DNA of 62,922 nucleotides, filler included, from Octopus bimaculoides (Eukaryota), in assembly GCF_001194135.2 (NCBI RefSeq). It is 5 parts of 5 records of this genome, joined end to end, with 100 filler letters (N's around TTAATTAATTAA, not from the genome) between each part and the next. Parts side by side here need not be neighbours in the genome. Positions count along the whole stretch, not along the records: positions 33,481 to 58,198 come from NC_069009.1; 4 more parts are not named here. One strand, given 5' to 3'. This document shows, in pieces, positions 38,317 to 50,110 of the stretch. The notes beneath the pieces were generated by a model, which was not told the DNA's origin, did no database searches, and saw only the letters and a program-made list of their open reading frames with translations. The first letter of the stretch is position 1. Each line of letters begins with the position of its first letter. Both the position numbers and the translations under genes were made by a program.

Positions 38317-38800
38317 AAGTTGTTAAAATATATCAGAAGTTTAATTCTTGTGGACGATCGTTTCGTACAGAGATATAAAAATAATAATAATGCAAATTCA
38401 TGATTGAATTAAATTAAATTTAGTTAACTAGATTAATTCAATTAAATATATAACGTACACTTCAGTGCAGGACGTATAATAAAAATGCAATTAACTTGAG
38501 AAGGAATATATCAGAAAAATTGAATCTAGGAGATTCAGATTTTTATGGTTGAATATCCAACATGGCTCACATCTCTTTCCCACAAGGATAAAAATATGAA
38601 TCTCCTAGAGTCAATTTTTCTGCTATTTTCCTTCTCAAGTTAATTGTATTTTTGTTTATACTTCCTGCACTGAAAAGTACATTGATATATTTAATTAATT
38701 TAATTTAATTCAATCATAAATTTGCATTATTATTATTTTTATATTTCTGTACGAAACGATCATCTGGAACAATTAAACTTCTTAAATATTTTAACAACTT
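38317..38800. mobile_element. Large AT-rich foldback, arms about 230 bp
   Basis: Matching inverted blocks throughout, e.g. AAGTTGTTAAAATA/TATTTTAACAACTT, GATCGTTTCGTACAGA/TCTGTACGAAACGATC, AATTAACTTGAGAAGGA/TCCTTCTCAAGTTAATT. Confidence 0.82.
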
Positions 38801-39841
38801 GTCTCCTCCATTTTAAAATAAATTGACGAATTTTATGGAACGTCATTCCATAAATTCACCATATATTCTATACAAGTACTACTTTCATATCTTCACAAAT
38901 TTACGCCTGTAAGCTACCGGCAAAATATGAATAATCAACATTAGAAATCTCTTTTGGAAACCTCCAGAATTAAAGGACAAATCTACATTCAACCTTTTCA
39001 CAACCATATATACATATATATATATATATATATTCCCTGTGCCTGTGAAATCTTGTATCCCTGCTGTAAGGCCTTATTTCCACACACGCCAGCTTAATTT
39101 AATTCGTCCTTAGTCGAAAGACACCTGTTGTTAATGTCCTGTTATTATTTTTATTTTTATTGTATTTGTGTAATATTGTTCGTTTTTTTTTCGTCCTTGA
39201 TTTTGTATACATTCGCTGCTTTCTTCCAAGGAATCTAATGCTCTTAGCTTAGTTTTTCCTTGGGGCTGGCCAGATTGGAGCAATCGCGAGTATAACCAGC
39301 CGAAATTGCAAAGATAATCTGGANNNNNNNNNNNNNNNNNNNNNNNNNNNNNNNNNNNNNNNNNNNNNNNNNNNNNNNNNNNNNNNNNNNNNNNNNNNNN
39401 NNNNNNNNNNNNNNNNNNNNNNNNNNNNNNNNNNNNNNNNNNNNNNNNNNNNNNNNNNNNNNNNNNNNNNNNNNNNNNNNNNNNNNNNNNNNNNNNNNNN
39501 NNNNNNNNNNNNNNNNNNNNNNNNNNNNNNNNNNNNNNNNNNNNNNNNNNNNNNNNNNNNNNNNNNNNNNNNNNNNNNNNNNNNNNNNNNNNNNNNNNNN
39601 NNNNNNNNNNNNNNNNNNNNNNNNNNNNNNNNNNNNNNNNNNNNNNNNNNNNNNNNNNNNNNNNNNNNNNNNNNNNNNNNNATATATATATATATATAAC
39701 AATTGCAGCGTGGAAGGTGTTTATAAGCCATTTAAAATAACACATAAAAGCCGTCAGATTCACTTCAACATTTAAATTTAATTTGTCAAAATATTTTCGT
39801 CGCTTTGAGACCGCAACCTGTTCACTGACAAAATTGTGCTG

Positions 39842-39873
<32 letters not shown>

Positions 39874-40128
39874 AGATAAATAAATAAGTTATGGGGACAA
39901 AAACAAACCAACACCAGTTGTCAGAGAGCAGTGTAAGACAAACACAAATACAAACTCAAACACACACACACACACACACATAGAAAGGGCTTCCAAACAG
40001 TTTCTTGTCACCTTGTGTCTTCTAGAACCCACCCCCTCTACTTCAGCCCCTTTTTTTCTCTCTGGTTACCACCCCCACCCTCACCTTACCCACGTTAACT
40101 GACACAGTATTACTACCGTCTCTTTCAG

Positions 40129-40253
40129 TGTTGACCAGTCACACCAACGATGCTAATAACATAGGGGACAGCTCAGCTCCTTGTGGTGGTCAAAATACCG
40201 TGAGAACACAAACTTCAGAATTGGAGAACCTCCAGTACCAACTCACCAAACTG
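40129..40253 (+). CDS. CCDC57: CCDC57-like exon (absent from ORF track)
   Basis: TCTCTTTCAG acceptor, phase 1; reads (V)LTSHTNDANNIGDSSAPCGGQNTVRTQTSELENLQYQLTKL; donor |GTTGGT phase 0. It exactly bridges the phase-1 exon at 36782 and the phase-0 exon at 41528. Confidence 0.68.
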
Positions 40254-40549
40254 GTTGGTTTAACCATTTTTAATCTTTTCTGACCGTTCCTCTCCTTTCT
40301 TCATTGCTGTTTTGTATTTGTTGTTGTTGCTGTCGTCGATGTTGTTATTATTATTATTATTGAGCTGGCAGAACCATTAGTATGCTGGACAAAATGCTTA
40401 GCGGTATTTCATCCATCGCTACATTCTGAGTTCAAATTCTGCCAAAACCAACATTGCCTTTCATCCTTTCAGGATGCACTGGGGTCAATGTTATTGACTT
40501 ATCTCCTTCCTCAAAATTGCTGCCCTTGTGGCAAAATTTGAAACCATTA

Positions 40550-40830
40550 TTGTTATTATTATTATTATTTTATGTTTGATTTTTGCTTTGCATTTGTACA
40601 AGTTGGATCCAAGTCTCACCCAGAGACCTCAAGAGACAACAAGTTAGAAGTTCATGTAGGTGTTATGCCTAGGGTACCATATATTTCGATTTGTACATAG
40701 TGTTGTTCTAGAGAATGTTTAAGAAACCATAAGAAAATTATGTTTGTTTTAAAATTTGAGATCACATAGACAGTATTTTACGTAGGATATGGGCAGTTCC
40801 CATGAGCACTATCTTTTGAACTTCAGCCAG
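40550..40830 (-). mobile_element. RLE-type LINE extreme 3' end with (AAT)n tail
   Basis: LAEVQKIVLMGTAHILRKILSM* followed by 3' UTR and TAA repeats. Confidence 0.75.
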
Positions 40831-41527
40831 TTTATTATTATTATTATTATTATTATTATNNNNNNNNNNNNNNNNNNNNNNNNNNNNNNNNNNNNNNNNN
40901 NNNNNNNNNNNNNNNNNNNNNNNNNNNNNNNNNNNNNNNNNNNNNNNNNNNNNNNNNNNNNNNNNNNNNNNNNNNNNNNNNNNNNNNNNNNNNNNNNNNN
41001 NNNNNNNNNNNNNNNNNNNNNNNNNNNNNNNNNNNNNNNNNNNNNNNNNNNNNNNNNNNNNNNNNNNNNNNNNNNNNNNNNNNNNNNNNNNNNNNNNNNN
41101 NNNNNNNNNNNNNNNNNNNNNNNNNNNNNNNNNNNNNNNNNNNNNNNNNNNNNNNNNNNNNNNNNNNNNNNNNNNNNNNNNNNNNNNNNNNNNNNNNNNN
41201 NNNNNNNNNNNNNNNNNNNNNNNNNNNNNNNNNNNNNNNNNNNNNNNNNNNNNNNNNNNNNNNNNNNNNNNNNNNNNNNNNNNNNNNNNNNNNNNNNNNN
41301 NNNNNNNNNNNNNNNNNNNNNNNNNNNNNNNNNNNNNNNNNNNNNNNNNNNNNNNNNNNNNNNNNNNNNNNNNNNNNNNNNNNNNNNNNNNNNNNNNNNN
41401 NNNNNNNNNNNNNNNNNNNNNNNNNNNNNNNNNNNNNNNNNNNNNNNNNNNNNNNNNNNNNNNNNNNNNNNNNNNNNNNNNNNNNNNNNNNNNNNNNNNA
41501 ATTAGAGTGTATGCTTTCGTCTGACAG

Positions 41528-41657
41528 GAACTCCAATATGCTCAGAAATACAAGTATACCAAGGAATCAGACCAAGAGAGACAGCCGCAACCTGAAGTTT
41601 TCTGCCAGCCTCAAGTGCCTGATAAATCAGTGGACAGTGGAACCCCCAGACAGGCTG
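41528..41657 (+). CDS. CCDC57: CCDC57-like exon
   Basis: CTGACAG acceptor, phase 0; ELQYAQKYKYTKESDQERQPQPEVFCQPQVPDKSVDSGTPRQA; donor G|GTAAGA. Confidence 0.68.
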
Positions 41658-41780
41658 GTAAGAGTTTTTTTTTTTCTGGTTCTGTTCTCTCTCTCTCTCT
41701 TCTTTACTCTTTCTCTCCCCCCCCCCTCACACACACACACACACACTTACTCACATACCTCTGCCACCAATATTCTTCAG

Positions 41781-41915
41781 GTAATCGAATCCAGATGCCA
41801 ATAGAGTCTTCCCTTGAGGATTATGAGTCCCTGTACAGTGTGTGGAAATTATTGGAAGACAAATCCACCATCAGCAGTGCAAACCCACCTTCTCCGTCAC
41901 CACCACCACCTCCAG
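41781..41915 (+). CDS. CCDC57: CCDC57-like exon
   Basis: TTCTTCAG acceptor, phase 1; contains SLYSVWKLLE (recalled human LQDMWRLLD); donor G|GTATTA. Confidence 0.7.
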
Positions 41916-41984
41916 GTATTATTATTATCATTACTATTATTATTTTTATTATCATCATCATCATCATCATTATTATTATTATTA

Positions 41985-42368
41985 CTCTTTTACTTGTTTC
42001 AGTCATTTGACTGCGGCCATGCTGGAGCACCGCCTTCAGTCGAACAAATCGACCCCAGGACTTATTTTTTGTAAGCCTAGTACTTATTCTATCGGTCTCT
42101 TTTGCCGAACTGCTAAGTTACGGGGACGTAAACACACCAGCATCGGTTGTCAAGCGATGGTGGGGGGACAAACACAGACACACAAATACACACATATATT
42201 CATATATATACGACGGGCTTCTTTCAGTTTCTGTCTACCAAATCCACTCACAAGGCTTTGGTCAGCCCGAGGCTATAGTAGAAGACACTTGCCCAAGGTG
42301 CCACGCGGTGGGACTGAACCCGGAACCATGTGGTTGGTAAGCAAGCTACTTACCACACAGCCACTCCA
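41985..42368 (-). mobile_element. SINE family C filling most of the 481-nt last intron
   Basis: Full-length reverse copy ending 28 nt before the acceptor at 42396. Confidence 0.88.
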
Positions 42369-42396
42369 TTATAACAGGTTTTTTTTTTCTTTGCAG

Positions 42397-42554
42397 ATAA
42401 TAACACTGAGCTACGTCCGATCCAAACCCAGATGACCCTTGTGAAACGTCCCACACCAGATCGACCAACCAAAGGTAAAAACACGTTGAAGAAAGTGTCT
42501 AGAGGTTCCAAAGTTAGGAACTACAATATCAAAGATGATACCAAACACCTGTGA
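42397..42554 (+). CDS. CCDC57: CCDC57-like terminal coding exon
   Basis: TTTCTTTGCAG acceptor, phase 1; ends KVRNYNIKDDTKHL* (TGA 42552-42554); human CCDC57 is recalled to end KIRNYNIMD. Confidence 0.72.
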
Positions 42555-42783
42555 ATGGCCAGCACCTGTCAGTGGTCAGCACACTTCAATGACCACCATC
42601 TTTCAATGGTCACGATTTTTCAGTGGTGAGCACTTCTTGAATAGCCAGCACTCTTTGAATGGCTACTGCCCCAGAATGGCTGCCACCCCTCAATAGCCAA
42701 TGCTCCCCCATGACCAACACCCCTCAATGGCAACTACCCCTCAATCACTACCACCACTCAATGACCACCACCCCTCAATGGAT
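42552..42783 (+). repeat. Degenerate minisatellite of about 18 bp at the start of the 3' UTR
   Basis: Recurrent T(C/G)AATGGCCACCACCCC-like units. Confidence 0.7.
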
Positions 42784-43474
42784 GCATCTTCTGTTGAATG
42801 GTCACATCATAGCTTTCCGGTTCAAGCTTATTTCTTGGAAAAGCTCAACCAATTGGAACAGCATGTGTTATTTAAACTTCTTAAAAATGTCAGCATATTT
42901 AAGGTTGATCAACTACTGTGATTTTTACAGGGTTTCTGAAACTGACAGGGAGAGAAGAGCAAAGACAGAAGTGACTACAACATATGGATTTTGCCAGAAA
43001 CCCTATTTTAATTTATGTGAATCCCAGTAGAGGTTATTAGAATTTGCCAGAGATCTTCTTTTAATTTATGTAAATCCCAGTAGAATTAATTTTCTGTTGG
43101 TGATCTTGAAACGTTTCTGTACTTTGAGACACCTGTCAGGAACAAGTGGAGGAAGATATGAGTTTAAACCCCAGGAAATCAGTCTACCTCATGAGATATT
43201 AATCTTTGAGCTGAGCCACTGTCATATCTGGCTTTTGTGAGTTTTCAATGGATGAAGACTCAGTTCCACCTGAACACATTTCTAACAAACAGTCACACTA
43301 CTCAAGAGAGGTTGCTGCAAGAAACAAAAGTTAAAAGACGTGGAGTCCTTGTCAGACCTGAGGACTTCACTAAATGCAGGATATTGTAAAATACATGCAA
43401 TAACTGAATGGTAGCTGTCTCAAACTGGATGACAGGTCAGGTCTACCCTACAGAATAATGATCGAGAAATATGC

Positions 43475-43480
43475 AATAAA
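43475..43480 (+). promoter_or_regulatory. Candidate poly(A) signal for CCDC57-like gene
   Basis: AATAAA about 920 nt after the stop, followed by a T-rich tract; not validated. Confidence 0.3.
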
Positions 43481-43978
43481 TATACAATAACAACTTGGTT
43501 TTTAATTTGTACCATTAGTACATTACTGTGTGCAGGCGAATGGAGAGTTAAGAGGCTTGCTCAAGAAATTTATACACTTCAGTCTTTGCTGGAAACTTTT
43601 GAGATATCCATTGGACAGACCAGACCAGAATTTGAGTAACTTGTAGCCTTAAAGCCACATGAGATGTTTTACATCTTTAAGAACTGCTTTCTAGAAAAAG
43701 TGGATCTTGAATTACAACAAAAATTATATGTTGTTGATTTTAAAGTAAGCAGACACACAGACAGATATAGTGTGTAAATGTTGACTGGATAGATGGACAC
43801 AGCGTGCAGATGTTCAATTGATAGACAGACACTGTGCAGATGTTGGCTTGATAGATAGACATGATAGATGATGATTATGAAACGTTAAAGACTTTTTCAA
43901 TTCCCGAGCGTTACACTAATACATCTATTTGTTTTCTACACCACCTGTCTTCGTCTGTTGTTTTTTTGTGAATTCTCC

Positions 43979-44015
<37 letters not shown>

Positions 44016-44559
44016 AGAGAAAAAAAAAACCCCACAATTATTTAATTCATCCATGAAAATCCACAATCACATATAGAAAAATTTAATAAGTAAATACACT
44101 TAGCACGCCAGGCAAAATGCTTAGCGGCATTTCATCTGGCCTTACATTCTGAGTTCAGATTCCGCCGAGGTCAACTTTACCTTTCATCCTTTCGGGGTCG
44201 ATAAAATAAGTACCAGTTACTTACTGGGGTCGATGTAAGCGACTGGCCCTCTCCCTCAAAATTGCAGGCCGTGTGGAAAAGGAATAAGTAAATACACTAA
44301 AAAGACCTGTAATAAAAATCAAAAAAGTACAAAGTAATAAATATTAAAATAGTAAAAATGACTACACGTGTAGTCATTTTTTACTATTTTAAACAATACA
44401 CATATTACTATTTTATTCTTTGTTACGTGTATAAGTCGCACTCCAATATATATATATTTTTTCATATCATACTATAGTGCGACACTCTGCAATCACGGCC
44501 ATTTACTAATGAGAACACTGTATTTATCCTACACCGGTAAATTATTTCCCTTCAACCAA

Positions 44560-45460
44560 TCTCGCCCTTCTTTCCTCTTTAAGTACCCTTTCTCTTTCTT
44601 CAGTGCTCCTCTCACGCCTTCCTGTTCCTCTCTCTCTATTTATCTATCTATCTACTTATTAACTCCCCTGTTTGTCTATTTTCCTGTCTTCTCTTTCTAC
44701 ATTACAGCTCCTCTCCCATTTCTTTGTAGCTCCTCTTCCTTTCTCCCATTATTCTCTCCTCTTACTCCGACCTTCTTTCTAGCCCCTCTCTCTCTCTTCT
44801 ACGTTCCATCTCTTCTCTTTCCCTTTCCCTCTCTGTGCCTGTATTTCCAACTTACCCCTCTCTCTTCTACTCACCAGCAATTCTTTTCTCTCTTTCCTAC
44901 ACGCAGCTTCTCTTTCCCCTCCCTATACCCAGCTCCCTTCTATTTCTCTACTTTTCTTTCTTAGCTACTTCTTTTCTTCCCCTCTCTCTTACTGTCTTCT
45001 CTGTCCCCTCTGCCTCTCTCTCTCTCTCACTGTCTTCTCTGTCCCCTCTGCCTCTCTCTCTCTCTCTCTCTCTCTCTTACTGTCTTCTCTGTCCCCTCTG
45101 CCTCTCTCTCTCTCTCTCTTAGCTACTTCCTTGCTCCTCTCTCTTACTGTCTTCCCTGTCCCCCTGCCTCTCTCTCTCTCAGCTACTTCCTTGCCCCTCT
45201 CTCACTTACTGTCATCCCTGCCGCCTCTGCCTCTCACTCTCTTACTTCGGTGCCTCTCTTTGTCTCTCTTATTTCCCTCCTCCACTCTCACTCTCTTACT
45301 TCGGTGCCCCTCTCTGTCTCTCTCACTTCCCTACTCCACCTTCTCTCTTACTTCGGTGCCCCTCTCTGTCTCTTTTACTTCTCTCCTCCACTCTCTCTTG
45401 GCCTTTTCCTTTACTCCTCCGCCTACTACTACACTCTCCCCTTCACTCTCTCATAGCTAC
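44560..45460 (+). repeat. Polypyrimidine tract with nested minisatellites upstream of ELP6
   Basis: Almost purely C/T on +; units such as TCTTACTGTCTTCTCTGTCCCCTCTGCCTCTCTC and CTCTTACTTCGGTGCC(C/T)CTCT recur. Confidence 0.85.
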
Positions 45461-45514
45461 ACTATTTTATTTCATTCATAAAAACAAATCCTTTCCACAG
45501 CGACGTTTTTTACT

Positions 45515-46004
45515 ATGTTTAACGAACTCAACCACCTCCTGGATGTCTCCGCAGTTAACAACAGCAACGGAGACATTGGAAGCGGCAGCTTGGACGGCAA
45601 ACATGTATTATTGTCAGACTTTACCAAAGACGACGGGGCCTTTCTGGTGCACCATTTCATTTCCCACTTCCTCAAGGCCCAACAGGTTTCTCCGTCGCAG
45701 CAACCACCCTCGTGCGCGCCACCCGCGATTAACGTAATCGTGGTTAGTTTCGCACAGTCCTTTAACCATTTTCATTGCGTGGCTCAGAAATTCGGTCTCA
45801 ATCTACGTCAGCTGCGGGAATCCGGTTCCCTGGTGTTCGTCGAAGCCCTCAAGGAGCTTGGAGATGCTATCATACACCAAGGGCGAGGAAGAGAAGCGGA
45901 TGCAGAGGAAGAAGAACAGGGAAACACTTTCTGTTCGGTCTTGAGAGACGGGGATATGTCACAGCTTTTCCGAAGACTTAACTTTTATATGGAAGACCAA
46001 GAAG
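45515..46004 (+). CDS. ELP6: Elongator complex protein 6, first coding exon
   Basis: MFNELNHLL...GKHVLLSD...DGAFLVHHFISHFLKA...VSFAQSFNHF..VAQKFGLNL..LRESGSLVFVE matches the ELP6 N-terminus (human recalled MFVELNNLL, DGSFLVHHFLS); donor G|GTAACA phase 1. Confidence 0.92.
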
Positions 46005-46038
46005 GTAACATTTTTTTAAGGCATTCCTAAACAAGAGT

Positions 46039-47212
<1,174 letters not shown>

Positions 47213-47559
47213 AACAATGCTCCCACCCGATTTTGTTTCTTCATTACTTTCTGAAAAATCGATAATTTGTCATGAATACAAATACCATTCAGAAGGTGTA
47301 AATTACGATTATATCGGACTTTGGTAATATTTCGATAAAAGTCTATGACGTATAATGAGTGTGTGACATTGTTTCCCTGGAATCTAATGTGAAAAAAACA
47401 AACAAACTGGTGGGTCAAATATCCATCATTCTGAAAGTTATGAAGCAGGAGGCCACAGTTCTGAAGTTTTACCTAGTAGATATAGCAAAAAGGTTAGATA
47501 TGTGTAATTATTGACAGATAATTACGAAATTTGTAATTTTTAAGTGATCTCATAACTAA

Positions 47560-47890
47560 TTATTCGACCTCAAGCAGTGCTATTTTAACTCGGGTCTTGT
47601 GGGTAATGCCGTATCCTGGTCCAGAAAGCCCATGTCTTTTACTCTCAAATCAACCCTGATCAAGTACATAATGCATCTAGGACGTTTATCGTGTGGGTGC
47701 TTTCTTGTAGTTATTCAGCCCCAGGTAGTGCTATCTTACCTTAGGTCCTATGGGTAATACAGTACCTTGGTCCAGAAAGCCTCTATTGTCTTTTACTCCC
47801 AAATCAACCCCGATTAAGTACACAATGTATCTAGGATTACGTTATCTAATGCGTCCTTTCGTAATTTTTTTACCTCCAGGCAAGTAGCAT
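47560..47890 (+). repeat. Diverged tandem repeat, about 151-bp unit, just over 2 copies
   Basis: GGTCCAGAAAGCC at 47618 and 47769; other blocks recur at the same spacing. Confidence 0.8.
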
Positions 47891-48531
47891 CTTAAAGTAA
47901 GATACTATGCGTGATGTAGCACCGTGACTCAGGAAGTATACGTCCCTATGAATAATAATATAATTTCGGTATATTTCAATAGGTGTAGGGATCCGGGATC
48001 CGTTTGTTTCTGTCCAAAACCTTGCATCAAGAACACCTAAAAACGTTCGCTGGTCTATGGCTGTCTTAACTGCAACATAGGCCACCGGGTAAATTTATTC
48101 GCTGGGCCCTATATTTATTTATTGATAGCTTGCTTAGATAATCATTGAGCTCCTAGATGTGTCAGGCATCGAGAAACTGCCCCTTATGATGGCACAGCTC
48201 TGGTTCTAGGGCAACCCCTGAATGATCAGACCTTTCATTTACAGCATTTTATTTTCCTATAGTCTTTTTTAAGGATTCCAAAGGTATCAGACACGTGTGT
48301 GTGTATGTATGTCTATGTGTGGTATATCTTTAGGTCGACACCGTTTCATAACCAACCGGTGTTGTTTGTTTACGTCCCGTAACAATACAATACCAAACGC
48401 CAAACCCCTTTATCTGCAGAAACAATGACAAAACACGGTGAATGGCTTATTCACGAGTCCAAATGTGCCACACTAATATTTGAAATGGTAATAACATTAC
48501 AAACTATAATGTTTCGAATACTTATATTTAC

Positions 48532-48718
48532 GGCGATCTTTCGATACCAGTACGAAATATCGGCCTTTTCCGTAACACCCACACGATCTTCACTAGGGTG
48601 TTAAGGTTAGTGTTTAGGGACGGAATTCCCTAACCCTAACCGTAACCCTCTTTCCCTCCAACACTTTTTACTTTTTACGGAAAAGGCCGAAATTTCGTAC
48701 TGGAATCGAAAGATCGCC
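48532..48718. mobile_element. Foldback (44-bp arms, 42/44 match) with telomere-like repeats in the spacer
   Basis: Spacer has TTAAGGTTAGTGTTTAGGG facing CCCTAACCCTAACCGTAACCCT. Confidence 0.8.
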
Positions 48719-48894
48719 ATATTTACCAATGTTTTGGGCGAACTTTGTACATATAAGATGTGACAGATCCTTCCCTCCACTTGCAAAATTTTTTTCTTTA
48801 TAACTACATGTATGGACACACGATGGGCTTCTTTTCAGTTTCAATCGACCAAATCCACCCAAAGATTTTGTTATTGACAATAACTTTTCTATGA

Positions 48895-49148
48895 TACAAA
48901 TATATTTTTCTGAAGGCTGAGTTGCTGTGAGAACAGCAGAAATACTGAGTAAATAACCCTTACAAGTGGGAAAAAATTGTCAACAATCAGCCATGGGACT
49001 CGAACCCGTATCCTTCAAAGACTCTGGCTGAGTGCTTTACCATGGCTGGTTATTGACTAATTTTTCTGCCTTTTAAGGGTTATTTACCCGCTATTTCTGT
49101 TCTTCTAACTGCAACTCTGGGTTCGGAAAAAATATCATCCTATTTGTA
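48895..49148. mobile_element. Diverged foldback (arms about 95 bp) with tRNA-like core
   Basis: Inverted arms enclose, on the minus strand, CAGCCATGGTAAAGCAC...GGGTTCGAGTCCCATGGCTG. Confidence 0.72.
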
Positions 49149-49204
49149 GTGCACAATACACATTTCAACACCTATGTTTACTTGTTTCAGTCATTAGACT
49201 GTTG

Positions 49205-50042
49205 GGATCCTGTTCAAAACGGGGGCACCAGTTTTCATTTATGTTTTATGTAGTGTTTTTGGTACCGAAAGACTTTCAAACTTCGTATACTTACCTATTT
49301 TGTGTTATAGAACAGGAAAAAAATTTTGTATTCGGATTTATTTCATGTAAAAAATTCTTATTTCGATAATTTCAACCAATCACTGACAAGTATTCAGCTG
49401 TTTACAGTTACTCCTTTGGCAGTTTAAGCGGTGTAAAGCGTATTTAATCTCCAAGGGTTAGGGTTAGGGTTAGTCCTAGAAATAGCAGCCAAATATTCCT
49501 CAAATCACGGTACATAGAAAATTAGCGAAAAGTTGTTGAACAGAAAATAAATACAAACACAGATACGCACAGCGTATATAATTGACTTGCCCCTTCCCTC
49601 AAAAACCNNNNNNNNNNNNNNNNNNNNNNNNNNNNNNNNNNNNNNNNNNNNNNNNNNNNNNNNNNNNNNNNNNNNNNNNNNNNNNNNNNNNNNNNNNNNN
49701 NNNNNNNNNNNNNNNNNNNNNATAATAGAAAGGTTCATTAGCTACTGCCAATATGCTTCAGCCATTTTTTGACAAGGAAATAATAATTTTATCACCGCCA
49801 AAATCGTTTGAGAATCGTTTGTTTACGTAGTCAGCACTTAATGTATTCGACTGAATGGACGTCAGTCATTGGTTGAAATTACAGAAATACGACAACTTTA
49901 ACATGAAATAACTTGCAATGTACGTTTTTTTGTTAAGAAGACTAAGAGAAAAAAATGTTTTATATGACACATTCTACAAGTGTCCCAAGTTTCAAAGTGT
50001 TTCGTTAAGAAAATACTGGTGCCCCCGTTTTGAACTAGATCC
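49205..50042. mobile_element. Long-TIR non-autonomous DNA transposon with 8-bp TSD, inserted in a SINE C tail
   Basis: TIR GGATC(C/T)(T/A)GTTCAAAACGGGGGCACCAGT, inverted similarity extends about 190 bp; flanks GACTGTTG (49197-49204) and GACTGTGG (50043-50050). Confidence 0.82.
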
Positions 50043-50110
50043 GACTGTGGCCCTGCTGGGACACCATCTTCTAATAAAAATGCAAATAACTTTTTTCTGT
50101 TTTTATCTAG

